This document shows positions 63,488-64,000 of a stretch of DNA of 64,000 nucleotides, in pieces (the first letter of the stretch is position 1; every line of letters begins with the position of its first letter). The translations under genes were made by a program, and so were the position numbers. The DNA lies in NCBI RefSeq assembly GCF_030028105.1, contig NC_092391.1, forward strand, positions 51,929,223-51,993,222, read 5' to 3'. The notes under the pieces were generated by a model, which did not search any database, was not told the DNA's origin, and saw nothing but the letters and a program-made list of their open reading frames with translations. Source of the stretch: Mobula birostris. Lineage: Eukaryota.

Positions 63488-64000
63488 GTAAAAGAAATCT
63501 GAGGATCAGGTTTAGTATGTCACGAAATTAGTTGTCTTTGTGGCAGCAGTGCGTAATAGTAGAGAAAAAAGAGCCGTGAATTACAGTAAGTGTATAAATA
63601 TTAAATAGTTAGGTAAGTAGTGCAAAGATAGGAATAAAAAGGGAGTGAGGTAGTGTTCATGGATTCAATGTCCATTCAGAAATCTAATACCTAATGAGGT
63701 TTAGGATAACTTCCTGCACCTGTGTTTTATTTCACTGAGTCTTAAATGAAACTGTCCATTCTCCCAAACTTAATTCTCCAGTTAAATGTATAAACTGTAT
63801 AATGTTTAGGTGCAAGGCAGGATATTATCAAGTATTTTTAGAGTTTTGTCAGTGGATTGACATCCTCAGATTATTGCTGTGTTTTGATAGCCTGTTACAC
63901 ATAGAAAGCTGAACTGACTACTTCTCTCTCCTACATATACATTGAATATTTCTATTGATGCTGAAAGATATAGGAGCAGAATTAGGCCATTTGGCCCATC

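Overview
Vertebrate nuclear DNA, repeat-rich; the CR1/Penelope/Rex1 content suggests a cartilaginous fish (inference). By manual exon reconstruction it holds the TCTN2-GTF2H3-EIF2B1 block: TCTN2 exons 1-7 (minus strand, gene continues off the left edge), a complete 13-exon GTF2H3 (minus, 945-nt CDS, 314 aa, with one U12-type intron), and EIF2B1 exons 1-2 (plus, head-to-head with GTF2H3, ATGs 135 bp apart). Two observations stand out. (1) Between TCTN2 and GTF2H3, three unique-sequence islands on the plus strand splice in phase into a 152-194 aa protein I do not recognise, followed by AATAAA. (2) The Penelope-like element family carries a minimal type I hammerhead ribozyme motif; it occurs at the 3' end of a GIY-YIG element, as a perfect foldback insertion with a 13-bp target duplication, as a decayed ~113-bp tandem array, and in a second unrelated Penelope family. 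Long tandem arrays sit next to both CpG-rich promoters. Most ORFs in the supplied track are transposon debris or repeat artefacts. Homology calls rest on recalled protein sequences, not on searches; repeat boundaries are approximate.
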